In this document: positions 16,384 through 24,752 of the stretch, piece by piece
Layout: each line of letters opens with the position of its first letter
Position numbering within the stretch: position 1 is the first letter of the stretch
Source: Candidatus Heimdallarchaeum endolithica
GTDB lineage: Archaea; Asgardarchaeota; Heimdallarchaeia; Heimdallarchaeales; Heimdallarchaeaceae
Assembly: GCA_021513715.1 (NCBI GenBank)
Contig: CP084167.1
Coordinates: 2,085,555-2,117,554, forward strand
Direction: 5' to 3'
Length of the DNA: 32,000 nucleotides
The notes under the pieces: generated by a model
Seen by the model: the letters and a program-made list of their open reading frames with translations, nothing else
Told to the model about the DNA's origin: nothing
The model's database searches: none
Position numbers and translations under genes: made by a program

Positions 16384-16709
16384 TTAAGTCAGAAACAAAA
16401 CAACGTTACTTAAATATATTGATTTTAAACAAATAAAAAAAGAAGAGAAACATAAATCAAAAATAAAAAAAAAGAAGAGAAAGAAAAAAGAAAGAAAAAG
16501 AAAAAATGGAAAAAAAGAAGTAGAGGAAAAAAGGGAAAAAAGAGAAGAAAGAATAAGAGGGGAAAAAAAAGAGAAAATAAAGAATTTGAAAGAAAAATGG
16601 GAGGGAGAAGAAAGAATAAGGAAAGAGAAGAAAAAAAGAAAAAAACAAAATCCATAAAAGTTAAAAAGAAATCGGTAATCAAAAGAATAGAAGGAAAAAA
16701 CAAAAAAAA
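16384..16709 (+). repeat. Second polypurine low-complexity tract in the divergent rpl11 / tRNA-Gly intergenic region
   Basis: Almost pure A/G on the + strand. All three minus frames are open, which gives the spurious F/S/L ORFs in the track. No 3-nt phasing of T positions by hand count. Confidence 0.85.
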
Positions 16710-16816
16710 GCGCCAATAGTCTAGTGGCTAGGACCTCTGACTTCCATTAGAAGGCTTCTAATAAGCATTCACGAAGAAATCAGAATACCTGGGTTCAATT
16801 CCCAGTTGGCGCACCA
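16710..16816 (+). tRNA. tRNA-Gly (anticodon TCC) with ~32-nt intron, CCA encoded
   Basis: Acceptor GCGCCAA/TTGGCGC. D-arm GTCTAGTGGCTAGGAC. Anticodon stem TCTGA/TCAGA is split after CTTCCA. T-arm CTGGG-TTCAATT-CCCAG. Followed by a T-run. Confidence 0.85.
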
Positions 16817-17183
16817 GCTTTTTTATTTACTACTTTTAGATTAGGAAGTCTGTTATTTTTGTTTGTCCTCTTTTTTCATTATTTCTTTTCTTTTGCTTGT
16901 ACATTGACCATAATCCTTTTGGCGTTAGCATTTTTAGCAATTCTCCATCGATACCATAATCAATTTTTATAGAAATCAATTAGTATATTCTCGTTGACCA
17001 TAAATTTCTCTAAAATAATTTCTGATTCATGTTCTTGAAGGTGTTTCCTTGAAGCCATTTCAAATTCAAAAATAACATTTCGATATATAAACATAATAAT
17101 AAAAAAATAAGATGTGTTACATTAGACTATGTTTTTTTCTTTTTTATAAATTAATTAAAAGATTAAAGATTAGCGTGAATATC

Positions 17184-18095
17184 ATGTTCCAAAAACATGT
17201 TAGTATTAGCGTTACTGATGTTCTTGAAGATGATTTTTGTACAATAAGACCGTATATTGCAGTTCTACTTAAAATGAATAAATTGAGAGAGTATGCTTCT
17301 TCTTCAAGATCTATGGAGCTAGGAACTTTTTACCATCTACTTCTACAATCTGTTTTATCAAACAATTTCGACTTAGTACAACATTTTTACATACACGAAA
17401 AACTATCCGTCAAAGAATCTTTTTTTACCGCTTTATATGAGTTGACAGAAAGATTTTTCTTTCCTGATGGAGAGAAGGACTTTGATTGTATAATTGAAAG
17501 AGAAAAAGAAGTAAAGTTTGACGATAAGCTTTATTTTAATTTACGCACTTTGGCTATGCTTTGTTCTACTTTAGTTGAAGAGAATAATAAAGGAAGATTA
17601 ATTTCTCTTGTTATAGGAACTGAATACAAAATTGAGTATGAATTATCAGAAAAATTTCTTTTAACAGGCAGAATAGATATTGTAGCTTGGACAGTAGATC
17701 GAACAGCAATAAGAGTGATAGAACTAAAAACAGGAAAAAAATCACCAAGAGATAAAAGGCAAGTGTTAACCTACTCAGAAATTATTAGAAAAAAGAAACC
17801 TAATATCGAAATTACTCCTGAACTGTGGTACTTAAATAACAATGATGAAAAGAAAAGAATAATATTAGATATACCTAAGGAGGATATAGAATTAAAAAGG
17901 ATTAGTAGTATTATATCCTTTGTTGAGAAACTAAAATCTGAAAAACAATTATCACCTAGAATTAAAAACAAGAAATATTGTAACAAAAAGTGTAGAATGT
18001 GTGAATATATAGATGAATTCTTTGTACAAAATAAAACAATGCCCAAAAAGGACGAAATTGTTTGGAAAAAAATAAGGCTTAAACAAGAAAAGTAA
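17184..18095 (+). CDS. Stand-alone Cas4/RecB-like PD-(D/E)xK nuclease with Cys cluster
   Basis: LTGRIDIVAW, IELKTGKKS and QVLTY motifs. One N-terminal Cys (DDFCTIRPY) plus C-terminal YCNKKCRMCEY. I chose the ATG at 17184, because the track start at 17112 adds a hydrophobic junk N-terminus. Confidence 0.75.
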   Translation: MFQKHVSISVTDVLEDDFCTIRPYIAVLLKMNKLREYASSSRSMELGTFYHLLLQSVLSNNFDLVQHFYIHEKLSVKESFFTALYELTERFFFPDGEKDFDCIIEREKEVKFDDKLYFNLRTLAMLCSTLVEENNKGRLISLVIGTEYKIEYELSEKFLLTGRIDIVAWTVDRTAIRVIELKTGKKSPRDKRQVLTYSEIIRKKKPNIEITPELWYLNNNDEKKRIILDIPKEDIELKRISSIISFVEKLKSEKQLSPRIKNKKYCNKKCRMCEYIDEFFVQNKTMPKKDEIVWKKIRLKQEK

Positions 18096-18252
18096 GTTAA
18101 ATTACATTCATTATCTCAAAAAAAAATAGATCTTTTGACAGTTATTAAACCATTTTCGTTGAATTTACAACATCAAGAAAAGCATAACAATAAGCGAAAA
18201 ATTTAATTAAGAAAGAAAAAGCATTAATCAGAAATTAATTAAAAATAATTTA

Positions 18253-18360
18253 TGCTCGCGTAGTCTAGTTTGGCTAGGACTCGTCACTGCCAAGCTGCTT
18301 TCTGTATGAAAGTAGTTGTGGAACTGACGGAACCCGGGTTCAAATCCCGGCGCGTGCACC
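18253..18360 (+). tRNA. tRNA-Gly (anticodon GCC) with ~32-nt intron, CCA encoded
   Basis: GCTCGCG...CGCGTGC acceptor (one T:T mismatch at 3:70). D-arm GTCTAGTTTGGCTAGGAC resembles the other tRNA-Gly. Anticodon stem CGTCA/TGACG is split after CTGCCA. T-arm CCGGG-TTCAAAT-CCCGG. Confidence 0.78.
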
Positions 18361-18362
18361 AC

Positions 18363-18562
18363 TTTCATTTTTCTTATTTCAAATTAACACTTTTTCAACC
18401 TTGTTTCTTTTCGTGAATCACACGTGCTTGCCAATAAAATTTTTCATTTTTCTTATTTCAAATTAACACTTTTTCAACCTTGTTTCTTTTCGTGAATCAC
18501 ACGTGCTTGCCAATAAAATTTTTCATTTTTCTTATTTCAAATTAATACTTTTTCAACTTTTA
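18363..18562. repeat. 79-bp tandem repeat, ~2.5 copies, starting 2 nt after the tRNA-Gly(GCC) CCA end
   Basis: Unit tttcatttttcttatttcaaattaacactttttcaaccttgtttcttttcgtgaatcacacgtgcttgccaataaaat at 18363 and 18442 (identical). Partial third copy from 18521 with 2 mismatches. Confidence 0.9.
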
Positions 18563-18684
18563 AATGTTGTATGAAATCGGTTTTTACCTAATATATTTCT
18601 TTAGTAATTTAAAAAAGATAATTAACGAATCAGCATATCTAGCGTTTTACTTTGTTTTTTTTTTAAATTAATTTTAACCTATCC

Positions 18685-19578
18685 TCAATTTATTTTATCC
18701 TTTTTTTTGTTTATTTCCTCAACTAATTTTTTTATTTCCTTATCCTGATCTTCCTTATTTAGTGCAAATCTAAACATTGCATCAGGTTTTTGTATTTTTA
18801 CTATATCACTTGTTATTGTTAATTTTTCTCTATTTATCATTCTATAATTATCTATTGCTGTAAAGTATTTTTCTGGTTCGTATGTTATTATTGTTCCTGG
18901 TCCTACTAATATTACTATATTTGCTTTTCTCACGCACCACGCTGGATGAGCTGAGTTGTTAAACCCCTCAATTAGTATTATTTTTTCTTTTTTTTCCCAA
19001 TAATTAAATGTTGATTCTGTTGCTTTAGCATAATAATCCATATTTAGAGCTATATACTCTTCTTCATTTGAGTATGTATTTATTTTCTCTGCTTTTTTTC
19101 TTAATTCTTCTATTATCTCTTCTTCATTAAAGAACTTTGTATTTTTATAGCTTTGATTATTTATTATGTAGTAATTTTTGCTTTTATTCTCTTCTTCTAT
19201 AATTGTAAATCTTTGTATTAGCGCCACACTTTCTGTAAATCTATTATAATAAGTTTGAGTCACTCCTTCCTTTATGAATTCGTAAGGTATTGCTGGTGTA
19301 TTTAATTTATGAACTGGGTTATTAATTGTTGGATTTTCTACTTTAGTCTCTGCTTGTTCTACTAGTTCTACTATATCTAGTGATAGTATCTCTTTGTATT
19401 TATCAAAATTTTTTCTTATTTCTTTGAAGTTATAATATAAATTATTCCCACTTAAAGGTTTGAAAGGTTGGACTTTTATTCCTTGTTCTTCTTTGAATTG
19501 TCTCATTATTTCCTTGCTTAGTGTCGTTTTACCCGAGTTGTATTCCAATAATCCAGCTACAAAGATAACAAAAACCAT
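18685..19578 (-). CDS. Hypothetical P-loop NTPase, dethiobiotin-synthetase/CobQ-like signature
   Basis: N-terminal FVAGLLEYNSGKTT (deviant Walker A as in BioD/CobQ), FKPLSGNN, and ILIEGFNNS (EGxGG-like). The ATG lies 48 nt beyond the terminal CRISPR repeat, on the same strand as the array and cas operon. Confidence 0.6.
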   Translation of the reverse strand: MVFVIFVAGLLEYNSGKTTLSKEIMRQFKEEQGIKVQPFKPLSGNNLYYNFKEIRKNFDKYKEILSLDIVELVEQAETKVENPTINNPVHKLNTPAIPYEFIKEGVTQTYYNRFTESVALIQRFTIIEEENKSKNYYIINNQSYKNTKFFNEEEIIEELRKKAEKINTYSNEEEYIALNMDYYAKATESTFNYWEKKEKIILIEGFNNSAHPAWCVRKANIVILVGPGTIITYEPEKYFTAIDNYRMINREKLTITSDIVKIQKPDAMFRFALNKEDQDKEIKKLVEEINKKKDKIN

Positions 19579-19626
19579 ATTTGCACAATTACTTTACTCA
19601 ATTTAAGTATTTTTTTCAGTATATTT

Positions 19627-22600
19627 ATTTCAATCCTATATTAGTCCAATTTTAACCTGCAAAGCTTTTGATATAACTTCAAAGTAGCTAGAATTTCAAT
19701 CCTAAATTAGTCCAATTTTAACACCAACTGGTTCAAAGTACTATTTCAGCAAAGCTATATTTCAATCCTATATTAGTCCAATTTTAACATTTTCTCCTTG
19801 AAGGGTAGGGGGCTAGTCTTCCATATTTCAATCCTATATTAGTCCAATTTTAACACCAACTGGTTCAAAGTACTATTTCAGCAAAGCTATATTTCAATCC
19901 TATATTAGTCCAATTTTAACCCAATTTTTACATTCATCTATAGCATGATTACAAAAATTTCAATCCTATATTAGTCCAATTTTAACGTTTATTCAGAAAC
20001 AGATAATAGAACAGTTGAGGTCGAATTTCAATCCTATATTAGTCCAATTTTAACGATTGTGAGTGTTTGTTCATAAAGCGTAGAATTAACATATTTCAAT
20101 CCTATATTAGTCCAATTTTAACTTCTGTTTCAGCATAGTCTTGATAATTGGGATAGGAATTTCAATCCTATATTAGTCCAATTTTAACTTTGATTGCTGA
20201 TTTTACTTTAGAAGTTAAGAATTTTAAGGATTTCAATCCTATATTAGTCCAATTTTAACTATTGAATGAAATCTTATCTGAATACTCTTCTAATAATTTC
20301 AATCCTATATTAGTCCAATTTTAACTTGTTGTTACTTCTTCAACAGTACATTCAATATTTGTATTTCAATCCTATATTAGTCCAATTTTAACGTTCTCTG
20401 CACCCCCGAGTATGAATTTCCCGACTGCATTTCAATCCTATATTAGTCCAATTTTAACTTGTTGTTACTTCTTCAACAGTACATTCAATATTTGTATTTC
20501 AATCCTATATTAGTCCAATTTTAACGTTCAAGTATGAAATTCAGACCGAAACCATTTGAAAAATTTCAATCCTATATTAGTCCAATTTTAACAGTCAAAC
20601 AATAAAGAAGCGTGAGAGTCATATTTTACATTTCAATCCTATATTAGTCCAATTTTAACGCATTGTTTATTAGGACAGTCAAGTACTTCAAAATAATTTC
20701 AATCCTATATTAGTCCAATTTTAACACTTAAAGTTAATGGAGAGTTTGAGGTAAAGGCTAAATTTCAATCCTATATTAGTCCAATTTCAACACTACCAGC
20801 GAAAGGATCAAGAACAATATCATCTTCTATTTCAATCCTATATTAGTCCAATTTTAACGAGATAAATCAGCATCTTCAGTCATATCATAAGTAATATATT
20901 TCAATCCTATATTAGTCCAATTTTAACTTCATCTAAAATTATCAGGAGTGTCTTCAACAACATATTTCAATCCTATATTAGTCCAATTTTAACCAATACT
21001 CAAATCTCAGAAATGAGTGATATGATCGTATTTCAATCCTATATTAGTCCAATTTTAACTCTGACTGGCCGAATTGGTATGACTTCTGATAGTGAATTTC
21101 AATCCTATATTAGTCCAATTTTAACCCAATTTTTACATTCATCTATAGCATGATTACAAAAATTTCAATCCTATATTAGTCCAATTTTAACCCAATTTTT
21201 ACATTCATCTATAGCATGATTACAAAAATTTCAATCCTATATTAGTCCAATTTTAACCTCTTGTTTCTGGTTTCTCTATTCTAACAGGTAAAATATTTCA
21301 ATCCTATATTAGTCCAATTTTAACCACTTCAAGAGTTTTACTATTACTTTGAATGATAAAATTTCAATCCTATATTAGTCCAATTTTAACTACACAAAAA
21401 AGAATAGTAATATATAAAAGAAGAAAATTTCAATCCTATATTAGTCCAATTTTAACGAATAAGCCTCCTACTTTATAATAACGCTTCTTCTTAAAAGTAT
21501 TTCAATCCTATATTAGTCCAATTTTAACTATTCTGTTTTAGCAATAGCTATTTTTTCAAAAGCTATTTCAATCCTATATTAGTCCAATTTTAACGAATAC
21601 TCAGAAGGCAATTAATCAACCTGACTAAACATTTCAATCCTATATTAGTCCAATTTTAACAGTTCCTACTTCATAGATCGTTTTTCTCTTGTCCAAATTT
21701 CAATCCTATATTAGTCCAATTTTAACTAATCATTACCTGATGTATAAGAAGATGAAAATCCAATTTCAATCCTATATTAGTCCAATTTTAACCTATCTCC
21801 TTCACATGATATTTCAACTGTCTTCTTAATTTCAATCCTATATTAGTCCAATTTTAACTAAGTAAGAAAGGATCTTATCACCGATAGTACGAAAATTTCA
21901 ATCCTATATTAGTCCAATTTTAACAAGAACTTTTCTAATTTTTTCTTTTTTAAAAATAATATTTCAATCCTATATTAGTCCAATTTTAACTTATTATATT
22001 CTCACCCTTATTAAATGCTAGAATATATTTCAATCCTATATTAGTCCAATTTTAACATTTGAGCCTATAAAAGCAAGTAATGGGCCAATCACATTTCAAT
22101 CCTATATTAGTCCAATTTTAACTAAATGAACCAGATAAAAGTAATGTCACAAATTATGATTTCAATCCTATATTAGTCCAATTTTAACAATAGAGTCTTC
22201 TTATTCAACAAATACAGATGAGAAATTTCAATCCTATATTAGTCCAATTTTAACTTCCATAATAAGATCAATAACATCATTATGAAGAAAATTTCAATCC
22301 TATATTAGTCCAATTTTAACACATTGCTATTGTCCCGACAATAACATCATCATATTTATTTCAATCCTATATTAGTCCAATTTTAACTAGCAACTTGTTT
22401 AGCTTTTTGAGAAATTACTGCAATTTCAATCCTATATTAGTCCAATTTTAACCCGCCCCAGCAACTAGTGCCAGTAAAATAACAGTTGATTTCAATCCTA
22501 TATTAGTCCAATTTTAACAGGGTTTTGTTTAAACAGTTGTTCATCGGCTCCATGATTTCAATCCTATATTAGTCCAATTTTAACAATACTGAAAACTTTA

Positions 22601-22716
22601 TTCTCCATGCACTTAAACAGATTTCAATCCTATATTAGTCCAATTTTAACCGTCATACTGAAAAGTGATCTTCTTGTTGCTAACAGATTTCAATCCTATA
22701 TTAGTCCAATTTTAAC
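19627..22716 (-). CRISPR. Main CRISPR array: 47 repeats of 30 nt, 46 spacers of 35-42 nt
   Basis: + strand repeat ATTTCAATCCTATATTAGTCCAATTTTAAC. Transcribed sense (minus) is GTTAAAATTGGACTAATATAGGATTGAAAT, ending in the ATTGAAAT handle. Variant repeats at 19693 (ctaAatt) and ~20762 (tttCaac). The leader/cas2 side is at the right. Confidence 0.97.
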
Positions 22717-22828
22717 ACTTGTTATATTCTTCTACCACTTCATTTTTCTCTTATCTTCTAAAGATGTTTGTCTGGGATCATATATAGTGTTATTCCTTTA
22801 TAAATATCCCAGATTTTTTTATAATAAG
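22717..22828 (-). promoter_or_regulatory. CRISPR leader (112 nt) between cas2 and the first repeat
   Basis: AT-rich, with TATA-like TTTATAAAGG (minus sense). 7-nt inverted arms ctgggat (22772-22778) and atcccag (22806-22812) bracket it. Confidence 0.65.
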
Positions 22829-23092
22829 TTATATGAATTGCCCTGTTTCTACTTTTTCAATCCCTAAGTTAGACAACTTAACTAGTTCTTTACTTCGTAT
22901 AGTATAAATTCTCACACAATCATGTTCTTCATTCATTAGACGTTTTAGGCCATTTTCTATTTCTACTAGTTGTGTTTTCGTTATTTCTCCTTCAAAAACT
23001 GAATTTTGAACTCTTTCTAAGAAGCATCTCAGAAAGTTACATACTTTTGACACTCTTTCTACTCCCACGTCATAAACTATTATGGCATACAT
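22829..23092 (-). CDS. cas2: Cas2
   Basis: 87 aa, MYAIIVYDV N-terminus. Lies immediately after cas1 and next to the leader. Confidence 0.92.
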   Translation of the reverse strand: MYAIIVYDVGVERVSKVCNFLRCFLERVQNSVFEGEITKTQLVEIENGLKRLMNEEHDCVRIYTIRSKELVKLSNLGIEKVETGQFI

Positions 23093-23093
23093 T

Positions 23094-24173
23094 TTACCAC
23101 CAAATTACGAAGGGTTCATATTTTTTCATCCCCAATAAATGTTTGCACAATTTTATGCATTCCAAATAAATCAATCTCTCATAAGAAACATTTCTTTTAA
23201 GGGAGCGATGTTTTATTGTAGAATTTAATTTTTTCTCATATTCCATCACAAAAATTTTTTTACCTTTTTCATTCAACAAGCAGCTATTTAACTCTTTTAC
23301 AAAATGCTTTTCTGTTATTATCTGTTTGTTAGTTAATTTAAATATGACCCGATCTACTATTAATGGTTTAAATATTTCTGAGAGGTCTAAAGATAGTGAA
23401 TATCTTCTTTCTGATGGTTCATGTAAAAAAGCGATTGTTTGATTCAATTGTGTGTGGTAAATATTTTTTATTATTGTTGAATAAAGAAGGGCGTTTCCAA
23501 AACTTATCATAGCATTAATAGGATTCAGGGGAGGTTGTTTTGTTCTTTTCTCAAATTTAAAAGTATTTTTTATAATAACATCAAAGCAGGCATAATATTT
23601 ATTCCGTATACCACCTTCAAGAGCTCTTAATTTGTTAATATCAATTATATTTGTGATTTTTTTTATCTCATTTTCAATATATTCTATCTTACTTTCAAAG
23701 TCTCTTCCCTCGCTTTGGTAATATTTTAGATTTCTCAACATATTTAGAGATGCTCCTTCAATAAATTTTCTTGCTAGAAGAATTCTCTTTCTGTAATCTA
23801 AGTAGTGTGCAGCTTGGTTTATATGCATTTTTCCAGACAGTAAACTTTCTTTTGGAATAATGGAACCCTCATAATTACCATAATATCCAAAGAAATGGAC
23901 GGGGATTGATTTTTTGCATAGCAAGGAGATAACTCCTGAAGTAAGAGATACTCTACCATATAAAAACAGATTTCCTATTTGCTCAATTGGTAAGATCCTT
24001 TTTTCATATTCAAGTTTATTGGCAATATTTTCTGTTTCAACGTCAAATTCCTCTTCATCAATCTCGGCCTTAAATACTTTATTATTTTCTTCTTGTTTTT
24101 GATAAATGAAATAAATGGTATTATATTTTCTAATTAATTTACCATTTTTTAAAATATAGAAATTTTTATTCAC
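23094..24173 (-). CDS. cas1: Cas1 integrase
   Basis: ALEGGIRNKYYACFD and LHEPSERRYSLSLDLSEIFKPLIVDRV motifs, 359 aa. Confidence 0.93.
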   Translation of the reverse strand: MNKNFYILKNGKLIRKYNTIYFIYQKQEENNKVFKAEIDEEEFDVETENIANKLEYEKRILPIEQIGNLFLYGRVSLTSGVISLLCKKSIPVHFFGYYGNYEGSIIPKESLLSGKMHINQAAHYLDYRKRILLARKFIEGASLNMLRNLKYYQSEGRDFESKIEYIENEIKKITNIIDINKLRALEGGIRNKYYACFDVIIKNTFKFEKRTKQPPLNPINAMISFGNALLYSTIIKNIYHTQLNQTIAFLHEPSERRYSLSLDLSEIFKPLIVDRVIFKLTNKQIITEKHFVKELNSCLLNEKGKKIFVMEYEKKLNSTIKHRSLKRNVSYERLIYLECIKLCKHLLGMKKYEPFVIWW

Positions 24174-24176
24174 TTT

Positions 24177-24689
24177 TCACACCCAACAAAACTCAAAATA
24201 TGCACATTTTCTACAATAACTTTTTTTTTCAGGTTTTGGAGGACTAGGCATTGCAAGTATTTCTTTTATTTCAGCTAATATGTTTTCTAACTTTTTTTCT
24301 ATTTCAGCATTTAAAGTTAAATTGATTCTTTTTTTAACAAGAGGATAGTCAATAATTCCTTCTACGAGTTCAATTTTTTTGGTCCGTTTAAGATAATATA
24401 TATAATAATAAAGTTGATATTTATGCGCGTCCTCAAGACTTTGTGATTTTTTAATTTCATGCAAAATCAATTTTTCTCCTTTTTTCAAAAAATCAATAGC
24501 TATTTTGTTATCAACGATAATGTTTTTTTTCATTCTAGGATAAGTTACTTCATGAATAAAACTACCTAGTCTTACTTCTTCAGAGGATTGTTCCATTCCC
24601 ATGTTATAGGAAAATAACCACAGCTTTGTTTTGCATACTATGGAGTAATTGATTTGTAACCCCCTAAAAAAGTCGAACTCGTTCAGCAT
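24177..24689 (-). CDS. cas4: Cas4 nuclease
   Basis: 170 aa with an N-terminal Cys, LHEIKKS, QLYYYIYYL, and C-terminal CRKCAYFEFCW. Confidence 0.9.
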   Translation of the reverse strand: MLNEFDFFRGLQINYSIVCKTKLWLFSYNMGMEQSSEEVRLGSFIHEVTYPRMKKNIIVDNKIAIDFLKKGEKLILHEIKKSQSLEDAHKYQLYYYIYYLKRTKKIELVEGIIDYPLVKKRINLTLNAEIEKKLENILAEIKEILAMPSPPKPEKKSYCRKCAYFEFCWV

Positions 24690-24752
24690 AATAATTTCAT
24701 TTTACTAAAATATTAAAGCATTTTTAAAAATTTTAAAATTGGCTTTTGTTTT

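Noticed and set aside
16384-16716. Three overlapping F/S/L-rich minus ORFs (110, 92 and 63 aa)
   Set aside because: All three frames are open purely because the strand lacks purines. There is no 3-nt phase. The longest ORF (16384..16716) runs into the tRNA-Gly start (16710).
17112-17183. Track start of the Cas4-like ORF at 17112
   Set aside because: It adds a hydrophobic, low-complexity 24 aa that overlaps the promoter region. The ATG at 17184 gives a typical Cas4 N-terminus.
18640-18690. aattttaac...ctatcctcaattt resembling a CRISPR repeat fragment beyond the P-loop gene
   Set aside because: Only a 9-nt match to the repeat end in an AT-rich context, with no adjacent second repeat.
20399-20428. 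Possible self-targeting: spacer gttctctgcacccccgagtatgaatttcccgactgc shares 12 nt (tcatactcgggg) with beta-helix gene 1 (~2328-2339)
   Set aside because: The match does not extend on either side, so it is a chance-level short match. I could not exhaustively compare all 48 spacers against the window by eye, so self-targeting remains untested.
22607-22867. 86-aa ORF (+)
   Set aside because: It is translated across the last two CRISPR repeats and the leader, so it is an artefact.
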